56,513 bases of DNA from Chiloscyllium plagiosum (GCF_004010195.1 NC_057718.1:92088039-92144551); one strand, 5' to 3'. Counted from the first letter of the stretch, positions 12,723-24,397 are shown. The notes: generated from the sequence alone by a model not told the origin. Translations and numbers: made by a program.

Positions 12723-13662
12723 CACAGATTCATAGAGATGTACAGCACGGAAACAGACGCATTGGTCCAACTCGTCCATGTCGACCAAATATCACAGATA
12801 AATCTAGTCCCATTTGCCAGCAATTGGCCCAAATCCCTCTGATCCCTTCCTATTCATATATCCATCCAGGTGCCTTTTAAATGTTGTAATTGTACCAGCC
12901 TCCATTACTTCCTCTGGGAGCTCATTCCATACACTTACTACTATATGAAAAAGTTGCCTCTAAGGTCCCTTTTAAATCTTGCCCTTCTCACCTCAAACCT
13001 ATGCCCTCTAGTTTTAGATTCCACCACACCTGAGAAAAGACCTTGCCCTTTTTTCCCAATCCATGCCCCACATGATTTTATAAACCTCTATAAGGTCACC
13101 CCTCAGCCTCTGAAAGTACACAGAGAATAGACTCAGCCTATTCAGCCTCTCCCTATAGCTCAAACCCTCCAATCCTGGCAACAGCCTTGTAAATAATTTC
13201 TGAACCTTTCAAGTTTCACAACATCCTTCCTAAAAGACGGAGACCAGAATTGCACAAAATACACCAAAAGTGGTCTAACCAATGTTCTGTACAGCTGCAT
13301 CATGATCCCCCCAACTCCTAATGCACTGTCCAAGAAAGGAAAGCATATCAAACGACTTCTTTGCCACCTTATTTACCTGTGACTCCATTTTTGAGGAACG
13401 ATGAACCTGTGCTCCAAGGTCTCTTTGTTCAGCAACACTCTCCAGGACATTAAGTGTGTAAGTCCTGCCCTGATTTGGTTTTCCAAAATGCAGATCTCAC
13501 ATTTATCTAAATTAAACTCCCTCTGCCATTCCTCAGCCCATTGGCCCAGCTGAGTAAGATTCTGTTGTACTCTGAAGTAACCTTGTTCGCTGTCCACTAC
13601 ACCTCCAATTTTAGTGTTATCTGCAAACTTATCAACCATACCTCCTATGTTCACATTTGTAT
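12723..13662 (-). mobile_element. Nested 5'-truncated CR1/HER1 LINE inside the Gypsy RT
   Basis: KFADNTKIGGVVDSEQG...WAEEWQ.EFNLDKC; LYRTLVRPLL.Y.VQFWSP; CR1 3' tail at ~12725; short aaact duplication at the junctions. Confidence 0.9.
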
Positions 13663-14299
13663 AAAACTGTACTGATTTGATGATTCCATTGCTTTCCAAC
13701 CTCTTGATTTCTGCCTATACTTTTGCATGTAAAGCATATGACACTGGGCGAGCCTTGCAGAATCGTGAAATTGCTTCCTCGTCAACACTCTGTAAAACTC
13801 TATGCAACGTGGCCTTGGCTCCTTTGATAGTCCCCTGACCTTCCTGAAAATCTTCCAGGTACTTAATTAGGACTTCACACAGGTAGCCATTGTCTAATCA
13901 AAAAATGTTGAGTCAAACAAGGTGAGTCTTTCTCAATTAAGTTTGCTCCATCAGGCTTGGGCCTGAGCCTTTTACCACAGCCAATGGGTACTAAATCAGC
14001 TGGTGATCGTACGAGACAAGAACCAAAGTTTTACCCTGAATCTGTAAAGGTTTCCCTTGCCTAGGTTCTCTCATGGAGATCTCATGGAGTCCAATGTGAA
14101 TGTTGTGAAAGACTGCGATCACTGATGCAGCCACACCAGTATCAACCTCCATCAGAACTGGGTGACCATTTAACCAGATGTTTATTTTGATTTGGATGTT
14201 GCTAAGCATTTTAACTGTTCCAAGCCAGATGTAAGCAGGCTTTCTGGTGTGCACACTCTCCTAGATAATGGCCTGTGAGTTTTATTACTCAATTCAGGC

Positions 14300-15387
14300 C
14301 TAGTCAGACCCCGTTGTTGTCTTGAGTCTGAATACCGGCAGCAGCTACAATGGCTTGTTGGCCCGGATCCTGAACAAAATGTTAGCCATTTGGTCGAGGC
14401 TTGGCTTTGTTTCGGGGTTTTCCTGTGGGCTAACCTGGAGTCCCTCTGTTCAGGATATGTCGGCATGGTGGCTCAGTGGTTAGCACTGCTACCTCACAGT
14501 GCCAGAGACCCGGATTCAATTCCAGCATCGGCTGACTGTCTGTGTGGAGTTTGCACATTCTCCCCGTGTCCGTATGGGTTTCCTCCGGGTGCTCTGGTTT
14601 CCTCCCACAATCCAAAGATGTGCAGGTTAGGTGAATTGGCCATGCTAAATTGCCCGTAGTGTTTAGGGGTAAATGTAGAGTAATTGGGAAAGGGTTTGGG
14701 TGGGATACTCTTTGGAGGGTTAGTGTGGACTTGTAGGGCTGAAGGGCCTCTTTCCACACTGTAGGGATACTATGATATCTATGAATGTCCTATATGAGGC
14801 TGTGCAATTGCCTTCACACAAGTGATGTCCCCCAAGCTCAGTCGGTCTTGCAAGTGTGTCCATTTTCATCAGCCTACCCTGTAATTCATACGTTCCACTT
14901 GCTGCACTTTCCAATGATAAAGCCAGTTGTAGTGCCACCTTGAAGTCCAGTTGGGCTTCAGCTGGTTGGCTGTTTCGCACAGTTACATCATTAATTCCAC
15001 GTACCACATGGTCTCTCAGCATCTCATTAAGGGTTAAACCAAAGTCACATGCCTCTGCCAGTCATCTTAACTTCATCAAAAATCCTGACACAGATTTCCC
15101 TGGTTCTTGAATTGCCAGGTAAAACTGATAGCATCTCAAAATCAGAGGAGGCTTGAGGTCATATTCCTTAACCGAATCTATTGACTCTTGAAAGGTTTAG
15201 TATCTGGTGCCTCTGGAATGTTAATAACCAAAAAACCTGCAGATTCACAGGCTGTTGGGAGAATTACTTGTTGCTTTTCATCTGCCCCAATGTCGTTTGC
15301 CCTGAAATAATAACACATTCTTTCCACACATTGAGCGCAGTTTCTCACAGCAGGATTGAATGTGTCAAGCTTCCCAAATAATGGCAT
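14300..15387 (-). pseudogene. gag: Gypsy gag remnant
   Basis: MPLFGKLDTF...VERMCYYFRANDI and MLRDHVVRGIND...AEAQLDFKVALQLALSLESA are typical of Mag/K02A2.6-like gag; the start codon lies about 85 bp after the 5' LTR. Confidence 0.85.
14462..14784 (+). mobile_element. Nested HE1-like SINE in gag
   Basis: Full SINE with A box (tggctcagtgg) and B-box-like gattcaattcc; TSD atgtc at 14457-14461 and 14785-14789. Confidence 0.9.
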
Positions 15388-15458
15388 GATGCCAGAAATA
15401 TTTACCCCAACTCAAAGACAATTGTGACAAGTGAATTATTTCAGAAGAGTATTTATTT

Positions 15459-15470
15459 CTTTTGTTGCCA
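15459..15470 (-). promoter_or_regulatory. Primer-binding site (decayed tRNA-Ser(GCT)-type TGGCGACGAG)
   Basis: Minus-strand TGGCAACAAAAG lies 1 nt after the 5' LTR; the differences from TGGCGACGAG are G>A changes, two of them at CpG sites. Confidence 0.65.
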
Positions 15471-15471
15471 C

Positions 15472-15697
15472 TGAAATAACTCCAAAGGCCGGTATCCTGT
15501 CACCAAGTCACCTGTTGTTTACTCATGCAAAGTAACTTGACACTGGCACAACTTTCTCAGAGCCAGCTCTTAGAGTGAACAGAACCTCTGATGCTTCTGT
15601 TTATACATGCTAGCTGGGACTCCCTGGTTGGACCAGATTAACAGCCCCAATCAGGGAACTCATATTCTATAAGTTCCACCTCATTACAAACACTACA
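15472..15697 (-). repeat. 5' LTR of the Gypsy element
   Basis: tgaaataac...cactaca, homologous to 9031-9227. Confidence 0.9.
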
Positions 15698-16177
15698 CAA
15701 GCGATTCTGCACTCCCAGACTTCACAGGAGTTGGATTGGATATAGAACTACTATGCTGTCATCTTACTTCTTCAACCTTTGTATGCTGCTCAATGTCAGA
15801 AGCATAAGGGCATTCAATTTCCTTGATAATCACATTCTGAATCTTTGCAGAAATGGCTGCTGCCCTCAGAGTTAATCAACATAAGCAGGTTTGAATAATT
15901 AGATTCTGCTTGGGCACAAATCTGGAGAAATGCGCCTTAATGTCTGAGAACTCATCCTCTGATATTAGATAGTATATATGAGACTAAGAGAGCAAAGCAA
16001 AATTCTGTGTCTTACTGCAATGCCATTCAGCATTCAAAATAGCACTGCTTTGTAAAAGCTTACTTTAAATTAAACTTGTTTGTTTACAAATATGCAGCAC
16101 AGTGATGTAAGATCAGTTGAATTATTTAAGTATCAAATAAAAAGCTCTTCATTGTGAATTAGGTTGTTCTGTGTTGC

Positions 16178-16880
16178 AGAGTCAGAGGTCTACAACGTGG
16201 AAAAAGGCCCTTCAGCCCAACTTGCCCATACCGCTCAGTTTTCACAATTAAACCAGTCCCATTTGCCTGTATTTGGTCCATATCCCTCCATATCTATCCC
16301 ATCCATGTAAATGTTTCTTAAATGGTGAAATTGTACTCACTTCCACCACTGCCTCTGGCAGACCATTCCAAACACTCACCATCCTCTATGTGAAAAAAAT
16401 TGCCCTTCTAGATCCTTTTGTGTCTCTCCCCTCTCACCTTAAACCTATGCCCTCTAGTTTTAGACTCCCCTACCCTAGGCAAAAGTTGTTGGCTATCTAC
16501 CTTACCAATGTCTCTCATTGTTAAAAAACACACAACACCAGGTTATTGTCCAACAGGTTTATTTTTAAATACTAGTTTTTGGAGCGCATAAACCTGTTGG
16601 ACTATAACCTGCTGTTGTGTGATTTTTTTTAACTTTGTCCACCCCAGTCCAACACCAGCACCTCAACATTATGTCTCTCATGATTTTATAGACTTCTGTA
16701 AGGTGACCCCTCAGTCTCCAACACTCCAGGGAAAAGACTCCCAGTTTATCTAACCTCACCTTATAGCTCAAACCTTCCAGTATAGGTAGCATCCTAGTAA
16801 ATCTGTTCTGTACTCTTTCTAGTTTAATGATATTCTTTCTATAGTAGGGTGATCAGAACTGCACGTAGTATTCCAAATGT
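16178..16880 (-). mobile_element. CR1 3' fragment, interrupted at 16519-16670
   Basis: Minus-strand MLPILEGLSYKVRLDKLGVFSLE..RLRG.LTEVYKIMR is the CR1 ORF2 C-terminus, followed by the 3' UTR. Confidence 0.88.
16519..16670. mobile_element. Fold-back Penelope-derived mini-element (family B) with an 11-bp TSD
   Basis: TSD atgtctctcat at 16508-16518 and 16671-16681; inverted arms at 16520-16562 and 16588-16633; same family as 38387-38543. Confidence 0.85.
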
Positions 16881-16889
16881 TAGGCTGCA

Positions 16890-17145
16890 GCCATGGTTTA
16901 GTGAGTAGGATATGGCCTCAGTGAGTCAGGACATTATGGGTTCAAGTTCCCCTCTGGACAGCTGAACACAAACGTCCAGGCTGACACACCAGTGCAGCAC
17001 AATAGGAATGCTGCAATACTGAAAGTGTTGCATTTTAAGTAAGGTACCAAACCAATCCTCTGTCAAACAAACCTCTTAGGTATTGCAAAATATCCAATAG
17101 GACTATTTTGAATGTCATTGTAAAGTGCTTTGGAATATCCTGAGA
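16890..17145 (+). mobile_element. Deu-domain SINE remnant
   Basis: tgagtcagg..tgggttcaagttcc...ccaggctgacacaccagtgcagcac..ggaatgctgca; homologous to the 7590 and 8322 copies. Confidence 0.6.
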
Positions 17146-17237
17146 GCTCTTTTCATCCTTCATTTTGTTCACATATCTTTTTCCACTCACTCTTTGTTTA
17201 AGTTACATTCCCAAAACCTGTGGTTTACTTAAAGTGA

Positions 17238-17562
17238 GGTGGTGTAGTGGTAATGTCACTGGATTAATAATCCAGAACATTAGGTTAATGTTTTGGGGAC
17301 GCAGGCGCAAATCCCACCCTGGCTAATAGTGAAGTCTGAGTTCAATAAAAATCTGGTCTGTTGGGAACCCAGGGTCTTTTATTGTTAAAAACCTACTTGA
17401 TCACTAATGTTCTTTCAGAGAGGAAATCTATATTCCCCACATGGTCTGATCTACATGTGACTTTGGACCCACAGTAATGTAGTTGACACTTACCTGCCTT
17501 TTGGACAATTAGGGATGGGTGATACAAGCTGTGGCTGAGCCAGTGATGCCCTCATCCCACAT
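17238..17562 (+). mobile_element. tRNA-derived SINE with a CR1-group LINE tail
   Basis: A-box-like ggtggtgtagtgg, B-box-like ggcgcaaatccc, and tail caattagggatggg...gccagtgatgccctcatcccacatg. Confidence 0.7.
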
Positions 17563-17645
17563 GGAGGAAAAAGAATATATTGTTTTCAAAATGACAACTG
17601 ATCTGTTGCATAAGCTCACAACAAACAAAAAAGGAATTTTCTAAT

Positions 17646-18245
17646 GCATTTTTTAGAAAGATAAGTGATTCCATCCTCAGATAAACTGCTACTTGTTGCC
17701 AACTGGTGCATTTTCATATTGATAGAAAATGTGTAAAAATATATCAGACATTCCAATAATGAAGTTTTTTATGTATGTTTGGTAATTTTGTATCAATTTA
17801 ATTCTTAGTGTTTAAAAGAGTAACATATAGAAAAAAAATAGGAGCAGGAGTAGGAAATTCAGTTGTGCAGACCCTAAACTCTGGAATTCCCTTGCAAAGC
17901 CTCATGGCCTCACAACCTCTCTTTCCTCCTTTAAGGTGCTGTTTCGAAGCTGCTGTTTGACCAAGCTCTCCGTCATATTTCCTAATATCGCTTTATATGC
18001 CTTTGATAATCACTCCTGTGATGTGCTTCGGGACATTTTACTATGTTAAATAAAAGTTATTGTTACTGTTTTTGTTTTATATTTCTTATTTATTGATTTA
18101 TGCTTTATTTACAAGTAAAACTATTAGGTTACTATTAGGATGCCTGATATATTTTTACACATTTTCTATGTACATGAAAAATGCACCAGATGGCGACAAA
18201 AAGCAATTTATCTCAGGAAAGAATTATTTATCTTTCTAAAAATGC
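17646..18245. repeat. Long imperfect inverted repeat (~113-bp arms: 17646-17758 and 18133-18245), possibly an old MITE
   Basis: gcattttttagaaagataa...ttgttgccaactggtgcattttcat...atagaaaatgtgtaaaaatatatcag is mirrored as its reverse complement at 18133-18245. Confidence 0.85.
17870..18065 (+). mobile_element. L2-like LINE 3' end fragment
   Basis: ctaaactctggaattccct...ctctttcctcctttaag...tttgaccaagct...cctgtgatgtgcttcgggacattttactatgttaaa; related pieces at ~5400-5510 and ~33520-33710. Confidence 0.6.
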
Positions 18246-18669
18246 CATATATTGCATTTGAGCTGGAGTGCTGATGGTTTATTAAATTTGTATGTTCTAG
18301 TGAGTGGGCCTTACTGAGTGGTTGGTGTTTAGGTTGAACTTTGGACTCATTCCAAATGATCACAGCGACATTCCTGTGTTCTGTGGTACACACCCATAAA
18401 GTCAGTACAGTTGCATTTTCATTACCAAGGCATATAGTTCAAGTAAGGCAAAAGCCCTGTTATGTGCAGTATTCATTCCGGGGAGGTGACTGCAGGAGAA
18501 AAAAATCAGATTTGCCATCCCCAGAAGCAGATCATTAGTAGCTACAGAAGGAGGAGAGTGTTAAGGTGGGCTACTTAGAAAGCTCACCACTGTTTTCTGG
18601 GATATTGCTTAGCTGTACTAAAACAGGTATGCCCTGCAGCCTGGATCCCTCACATTAATTCACCCTATT

Positions 18670-19000
18670 GGGCGGCACGGTAGCACAGTGGTTAGCACTG
18701 CTGCCTCACAGCGCCAGAGACCCGGGTTCAATTCCCGCCTCAGGTGACTGATATATGGAGTTTGCACATTCTCCCCGTGCCTGCGTGGGTTTCCTCCGGG
18801 TGCTCCGGTTTCCTCCCACAGTCCAAAAATGTGCAGGTTAGGTGAATTGGCCATGCTAAATTGCCTGTAGTGTTAGGTGAAGGGGTAAATGTAGGGGAAT
18901 GGGTCTGGGTGGGTTGCACTTTGGCGAGTCGGTGTGGATTTGTTGGGCCAAAGGCCTGTTTCCACACTGTAAGGAATCTAAATCTAAAATAAATCTAAAT
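18670..19000 (+). mobile_element. Young, near-intact HE1-like SINE
   Basis: CpG-retaining head gggcggcacggtagcacagtggttagc, B box ggttcaattcc, (aatcta)n tail, and TSD ctatt at 18665-18669 and 19001-19005. Confidence 0.93.
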
Positions 19001-19619
19001 CTATTCATTTCCCATGCCCTGTCTGCACCTCTGCATGGTCTCTTCACAGCCCCCATACATCATTGCCCCCTTCCATGTCCCAGTATGAACTATATGCCCT
19101 TTCAACCAATGAAACATGTGGAGAAGATGTGAGCCAAACAACAAGGCAAGTATTGATACACTGCAAGAAGAAACAAAATACCCATTCAAAAATGTTCATT
19201 GATAAAAAAAATCCACTGTTCCTATAAACGTGTAAATCAAGCAGGGCTGTTATAATATCAGTAACAGGAGGTTTCTGTAGTAAGGTAGTGTGGACACTAT
19301 GGGTAAGTTACTGATCAAAAGGTTCCCAAATCTGGACTATGGTTCATGACTCATCAGAGTGCTTGTGTAACGTGAGTCATAGACAGGCTGGACCAACTCC
19401 CGAATATTTGAGGTGGAATTGGAGAAGGGGGGAGGTGCAGGGGCTATGAAATGTCTATCCAGGAAATGGATATGCGGGTTTGTTCTTGCTTTCTGTATCT
19501 TTATCTTGTGCCAGTGAAAATAAGGACACAAGTTCCAGAATCAGGTTTACAAATGGCTCTGGAGTTGGCATGACCCGTGTAAGTCTGGGGGATAGTATTG
19601 ACCTTTCTACTGGGAAGGC

Positions 19620-19835
19620 TCAGATTTTAAAGAATTTCTCTTAGTTTGACCTGAGGGTTTGGATTGTTGAATATGTTCAGGTACAAGATAGATCTTTGAG
19701 AGAGCGGGAAGTCAAAGATTACAGTGGGAGAGGCAGGAAGGTGGAATTCGGGCCACAATTAAATAAACCATTACCTTTTTGAATAGTGGCTGTAGGGGAT
19801 GAATGGCCTAAAGCTCCTTCTATTTCTTATGATTT
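19620..19835 (+). mobile_element. Old CR1 3' end
   Basis: gatagatctttg...gtcaaagattac...gcaggaaggtgg...gaatggcct..ctccttctatttcttatg tail. Confidence 0.55.
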
Positions 19836-21329
19836 TATAATTTCTGGATTGGGTCGTAACCTGTGTTGCCTCACTCTATATTGTGGACTTCATTTCTAAC
19901 ACTTTAAACAAAGCAGACTATGTTGCAGAATTACAATGTACTCATACTACAAAAAGAATCAGGTCTTATGCCCAGCCAACTAACACCACTGGGCATTCAG
20001 ATCGTTGCTGTCAATCTGATCATGAGTATTTCAGTGGCTGCTGCGATTAACTGTATGTCAACAGTCAGGTCTCTTTAACCTGTACTTGAACCATTTTGGA
20101 AGATAAGATGAGAGACTATTTACCGACATGCCTTTCTTAGTAAAATCAATAAAATAGACATGTTTAAATGCCTGTTTATCAACCACTCCCCCCCATAAGT
20201 ATTTTACTCAGCTGGGTACTCTTCCATCTTAAGATTGTTAATTTTTATGTAATTAGTCTGTTGCTAAACTTTTGTACCTCCCACGTAAGGCTATTAGAAT
20301 AACCCAGCAGGCTGCTGAAAATGGTTCTGAGCTATTTAGATGTAAGTTGTGGGTTAGTTACAGCATTGCAATACTGATATTTCCACGGTTTCAAATGGAA
20401 ACTAGTCACAGCTAAAGCATGAAGCTGTGGGAGCCACAACATGCACTCCATACCATATAGGCAATACTTTGGCAAAGATGTAGGTGGTGCCAGTAATTAA
20501 CAGATTGCACTGACATTACTGCAGATATAATAGAACCCTCCTTGTTAGCGCTTGCTCTTTTCTCTTTACTGATTTCTGTCTCCTTCTATCTCTCAGATTG
20601 TATTTTTCCCAATCATTGTACAGTTAGTACGTATGGTTGGAAGTTAGCACAAGTAACAACATGCAACTCTGAAAGATATCAAACTAAAGCAACATCTGTC
20701 TAATGTAAAAGCAAGAATAGATTTGAGAATGTGATAGTCAATAGAATATATTGCCCCAACAAAAAAATCCAAAAGTGCTTGCAACTGGAAGAGGAAATAA
20801 TATTGCAGAATAGGATAACAATTTAGCAATGATAACTTCAGTTCAGTAATTAATTTCTAGCAAGCTGTATCTTTAGTCGGGAGAGCTCAGCCCAAAATCC
20901 ACAGACCTCAAATGGGACAATTTCAATTAAACTTCCACCTATTTTAATGCCTTTGTATGACGCTAAGTCCACAAAAATGTTGCTATCAGAACACTGTAAA
21001 TGTCACTGTAACACCCAAGACACACCTACAATTTATGTCTAAAATAGTTTTGGAGTATTTCAAAAGGTTTTTAGATTGATAAGATAGTCATATTTGGGGC
21101 ATATAAATTATGGCTTTAGAGAGCAGATTGATTGCACAAAAATCAAAAATGATAAAGGCAAAGGAGTATCTTAGTGTACCAAATATTTATGGGGAGAAGG
21201 TTTGACAAACAGGAATTTTAGTATTTCTGCTTCATTCCATTTATGTAGAAAAGCATATTTAAATAGTACCTTTTATGCTCCTAAACTAGTTTAAGGACAT
21301 TTAATGTGCTCTGCCTGTCATGTAAAATC

Positions 21330-23008
21330 ATAGAATAGAATCCCTACAGTGTGGAACAGGCTATTCAGCCCATTGAGTCCACACCAACCTTCTGAAGAGC
21401 AACCTAACCAGACACATTCCCATACCCTATCCCTGTAACCCTGCATTCCCCATGGCCTATCCACCTAACCTGCACATCTTTGGACTGTGGGAGGAAACCC
21501 AAACATACACGGGGAGAACGTGCAAACTCCACACAGACAGTCACCCATGGTGGGATCGAACTGTGGAAAGGCCTGTTTTCTTTACTCTGCACTCAGGCTG
21601 GTGTCTGGGGTTCGCCGATTACTGTGGTGGTCTCTCTCTAGCAGGCTCTGAAACTTCAAAGCCCCAGAATGCCACATTAGGGCAACTCTGCTGGAGAGAG
21701 GGCACAGAACCGAACTCACTGTTTATAGCCTGACCAACAAGTTGGAACTTGTCTCCACACAATAATCTCGACCGCCACCAATGCCTGGGTGATTCCCTCA
21801 CTTGTTGGTGAGACAACAGTATCTATTTGGTACCTACCCACTTGGGCAGTACTCCCTAGAGAGAGAAAAAGAGAGGTCAAACTGTTTACCCTGGCCAGCA
21901 ATCCCCATTGAGTGGGTGGTTTGAATTGCCCGCATCACCCTTCGGACCTTGACACTGGAATTATAGTCTGGGATCTGTTGTGAACTCAGCCAGAACTGAT
22001 TTACCCAGAAAGAGGACAGATGGACTCAAATATGAGTTACCAGTGAACTTTATTATGGAAAAAATTCAATTTGCCCAATCCGTACAATACTTTGATGAAA
22101 CTCTTACTCTATACTATGATATAAAATACAAGAAAATTGGAGTGGACACAACATAAATCTTTAACCTTACACAATTTACAGGGTACTTATATTTTAAGAA
22201 TTACAAAACCACCCTCCCCCCTATGCCTAACCAACTACTCCAGAGTATGAGTGTCCAGGCCTGAAAAGGGTTCTTACGGTCTCAGAGGGACTTGTTGCTT
22301 GTCCAATGGGACTCCCTCACTGCTTTGGGTGTTGTTGTGGACTTCCGAAGTCCGAGGCCATAGACAGGGTCGATGTCTTCACCCCCAAAGGGTTGGTGTC
22401 CAGAGGAGCAGCAAGCTCAGATCAAGGAGACTGAAAAAGGAAACGAGCCCCAATAGCTGGCCTTGCTGCCCCCTTTATCTTTGCGATTCCAAAGGGCCGG
22501 CCAGCTCCACCCCTCAGGTCATTCCATTTCACAAAGCATCTCCAGTGATTGCTGGGGCTAGTTTAATCCCATCATTTGTGGAAACAAAAGGGTCAATACA
22601 TCCCAAATTTACTTAACTGAAACTTTGATGACTTCATGAAGCCTCCCAAACTGTTTTCAGATTAGAGTAAATCATTATCCCGTTAACTAGATAGCTCCCT
22701 TGTTCACAGTTTCAGGGCTCATTACTATTTCTATGCCTTCCTTGATATGATGTCTGATGGGTGCTGTTTTGTTGGTCGAGTTGTCTCATACCTCTGAGGA
22801 TCTCTGACCCCAGAAGAAGGTGTATCCTTATTCTGGCAGGCATGCTGGGAAATCCTGCCTGCACACATGCCAGGTTGACCAGTTTTTCACAAAAGGCCAT
22901 TTTCTTTCAGTCTTTCCATTTAAAACTGGGGATTGCCCTGAAACTGCTGCAGAACCAGGATCCCCATTGCTGTGAGGCAATAATACCAACCACAGAGCCA
23001 CCATGCCA
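21330..23008 (-). mobile_element. HE1-like SINE split in two (21330-21561 and 22952-23008) by a 1.39-kb insert
   Basis: The 3' body ends at ...gggatcgaac; the tRNA-like head resumes at gaaccaggatcccc...tgtgaggca...cacagagccaccatgccac. Confidence 0.85.
21562..22951 (-). mobile_element. 1.39-kb TG...CA element with a 4-bp TSD (long solo-LTR-like)
   Basis: TSD gaac at 21558-21561 and 22952-22955; minus-strand TATA-like ataaag at ~22473 and aataaa at ~22050. Confidence 0.7.
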
Positions 23009-23311
23009 CTCCTGCATGTGTAGGTAAACCCAATAGCCATTTGGTCATTAAAACTCATACCAACAACAAGGAGCTCAATGACTTATTATATTGGTGTGCT
23101 AAGTAAGTATTTTATGATATAAATTTTATTTATGTACCTTAGCCTAGTTTGTTTAAAGCACTGTTATGAAGTAATATTCTTGATGGTCAATCCAGCAGGA
23201 GATACTATTGATGTAACACAGTCTAAGATATTCCCTACTATAAAATGCATATAATTATATTAGTTGCTCTGCGATTTTCACTCACATCATATAAGCAATG
23301 TTCAAAGTCAA

Positions 23312-23760
23312 AGAATGTGGTGCTGGAAAATTAGAGTCGGTCAGGTAGCATCCGAGGAGCAGGAGAATCAACATTTCAGGCATAAACCCTTCATCATGAA
23401 TGAGGCTTGTCGGCCAAGGGGGCGGAGAGATAAATGGGAGGTTGGTAGGGGTGGGGGAAAGGGAGCTGAGAATGAAGTAGTTAGGTGAAGGTGGGGGTGA
23501 AATTGATATTTTGGAGAGGAGGGTCAAGCTGATAGCTGGGAAGGAAGATGGACAGGTAGGACTGTTCAAGAGGGCGGTGGGTAGGTTGGGACTGGGATAA
23601 GGTGGGGAGAGGGGAAATGGGGAAACTGATGAAATCCACACTGATTCCACGTGATTGGAGGGTCCCAAGGCAGAAGATGAGGTATTATTTGTTCAGGCGT
23701 TGGGTGGTTAGGATGAGGCATTCTTCCTCCAGGTGTCCATGAGGGGTTCTTCCTCCAGTC
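23312..23760 (-). mobile_element. Penelope-like element 3' end (family A): endonuclease C-terminal remnant plus terminal repeat
   Basis: Minus-strand 23623-23712 translates to LTTQRLNK*YLIFCLGTLQSRGISVDFISF (resembles the Penelope GIY-YIG C-terminus), followed by a CT-rich UTR and tgatga-agggtttatgcct-gaaa-tg-tt. Confidence 0.8.
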
Positions 23761-24397
23761 CTCACTTTCTCCAAGCAGTGTTCAATGTTTGGTGTTTGTA
23801 AGGGCTACATATATCTTATTTGGAAATATGAATTGGAAAAAAATCAATTTAGATTATTAATTGTTATGCTTTGCAACTTGAAGTAAAATGGAACTGTGTA
23901 GTGTTCTTCTGCTGAAATCAAATTTAAATATTTTTGAAGGACCTGCTAACACCAGTAAAAGCTTGTGGATTGGTTATAAGTGGCAGTTTGTCGCAGAACT
24001 GGGAGGAACAAGAGAAAGAGCGGTTGGAATTCAGATTTCCAAAAGCCTTCCAGCAAGGAAGATTAATCTCTCATTCGCTTTCTGTGAGCGGAAGAGAAAT
24101 AACACTCAAAGACTTTGCAAAAGAGAAAGAAGTCTTGACTCAAAACTAGAACCAAGTCTAACTGACAGTTACTGAATTAAGGATTGTGCCATTGATAACC
24201 ATATATCACTAGAACCCAAAAAAAAAGAACTGTCATGAAGTCACCTCATGCATCTCTTCTTGGCCTGGATTCTGACCCACAGATTTTGTGCCTTTTTTGA
24301 TTACATTTTCCACTCATGATATTACTGCAAAAACTGTTCATCTCAACTGTCCTGTACTACATGTGAATGAAAGTGTGTGTGTTTGGATTTAAAGATG

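Larger units (their letters stand above)
9240..14254 (-). pseudogene. pol: Gypsy pol remnant (protease, RT, RNase H, integrase), frameshifted and interrupted
   Basis: MEVDTGVAASVI (aspartic protease DTG, ~14140); SNGIIKSVQF/TEWTAPVV and IYLDDVLITG (RT); ELRSFLGLMNYYGKFI; YTQMEKEGLAVIFGV (RNase H); GHPGVSKMK, HVDYVGPF, VTGNGP and TAPYHPSFNGLAERAVQTLK (integrase). Confidence 0.92.
9031..15697 (-). mobile_element. Full-structure, decayed Gypsy/Ty3 LTR retrotransposon (Mag/K02A2.6-like)
   Basis: Paired TG...CA LTRs; TSD caaac (9026-9030) / caagc (15698-15702); PBS-like and PPT sites; gag-PR-RT-RH-IN order on the minus strand. Confidence 0.93.

Noticed and set aside
9240..15387. Domesticated or active gag-pol gene
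   Set aside because: Numerous stops and frameshifts, four insertions and diverged LTRs indicate a neutral fossil.
18670..18740. tRNA gene
   Set aside because: A and B boxes are present, but the sequence continues into a SINE body and tail with a TSD and has many dispersed copies, so it is a tRNA-derived SINE head.
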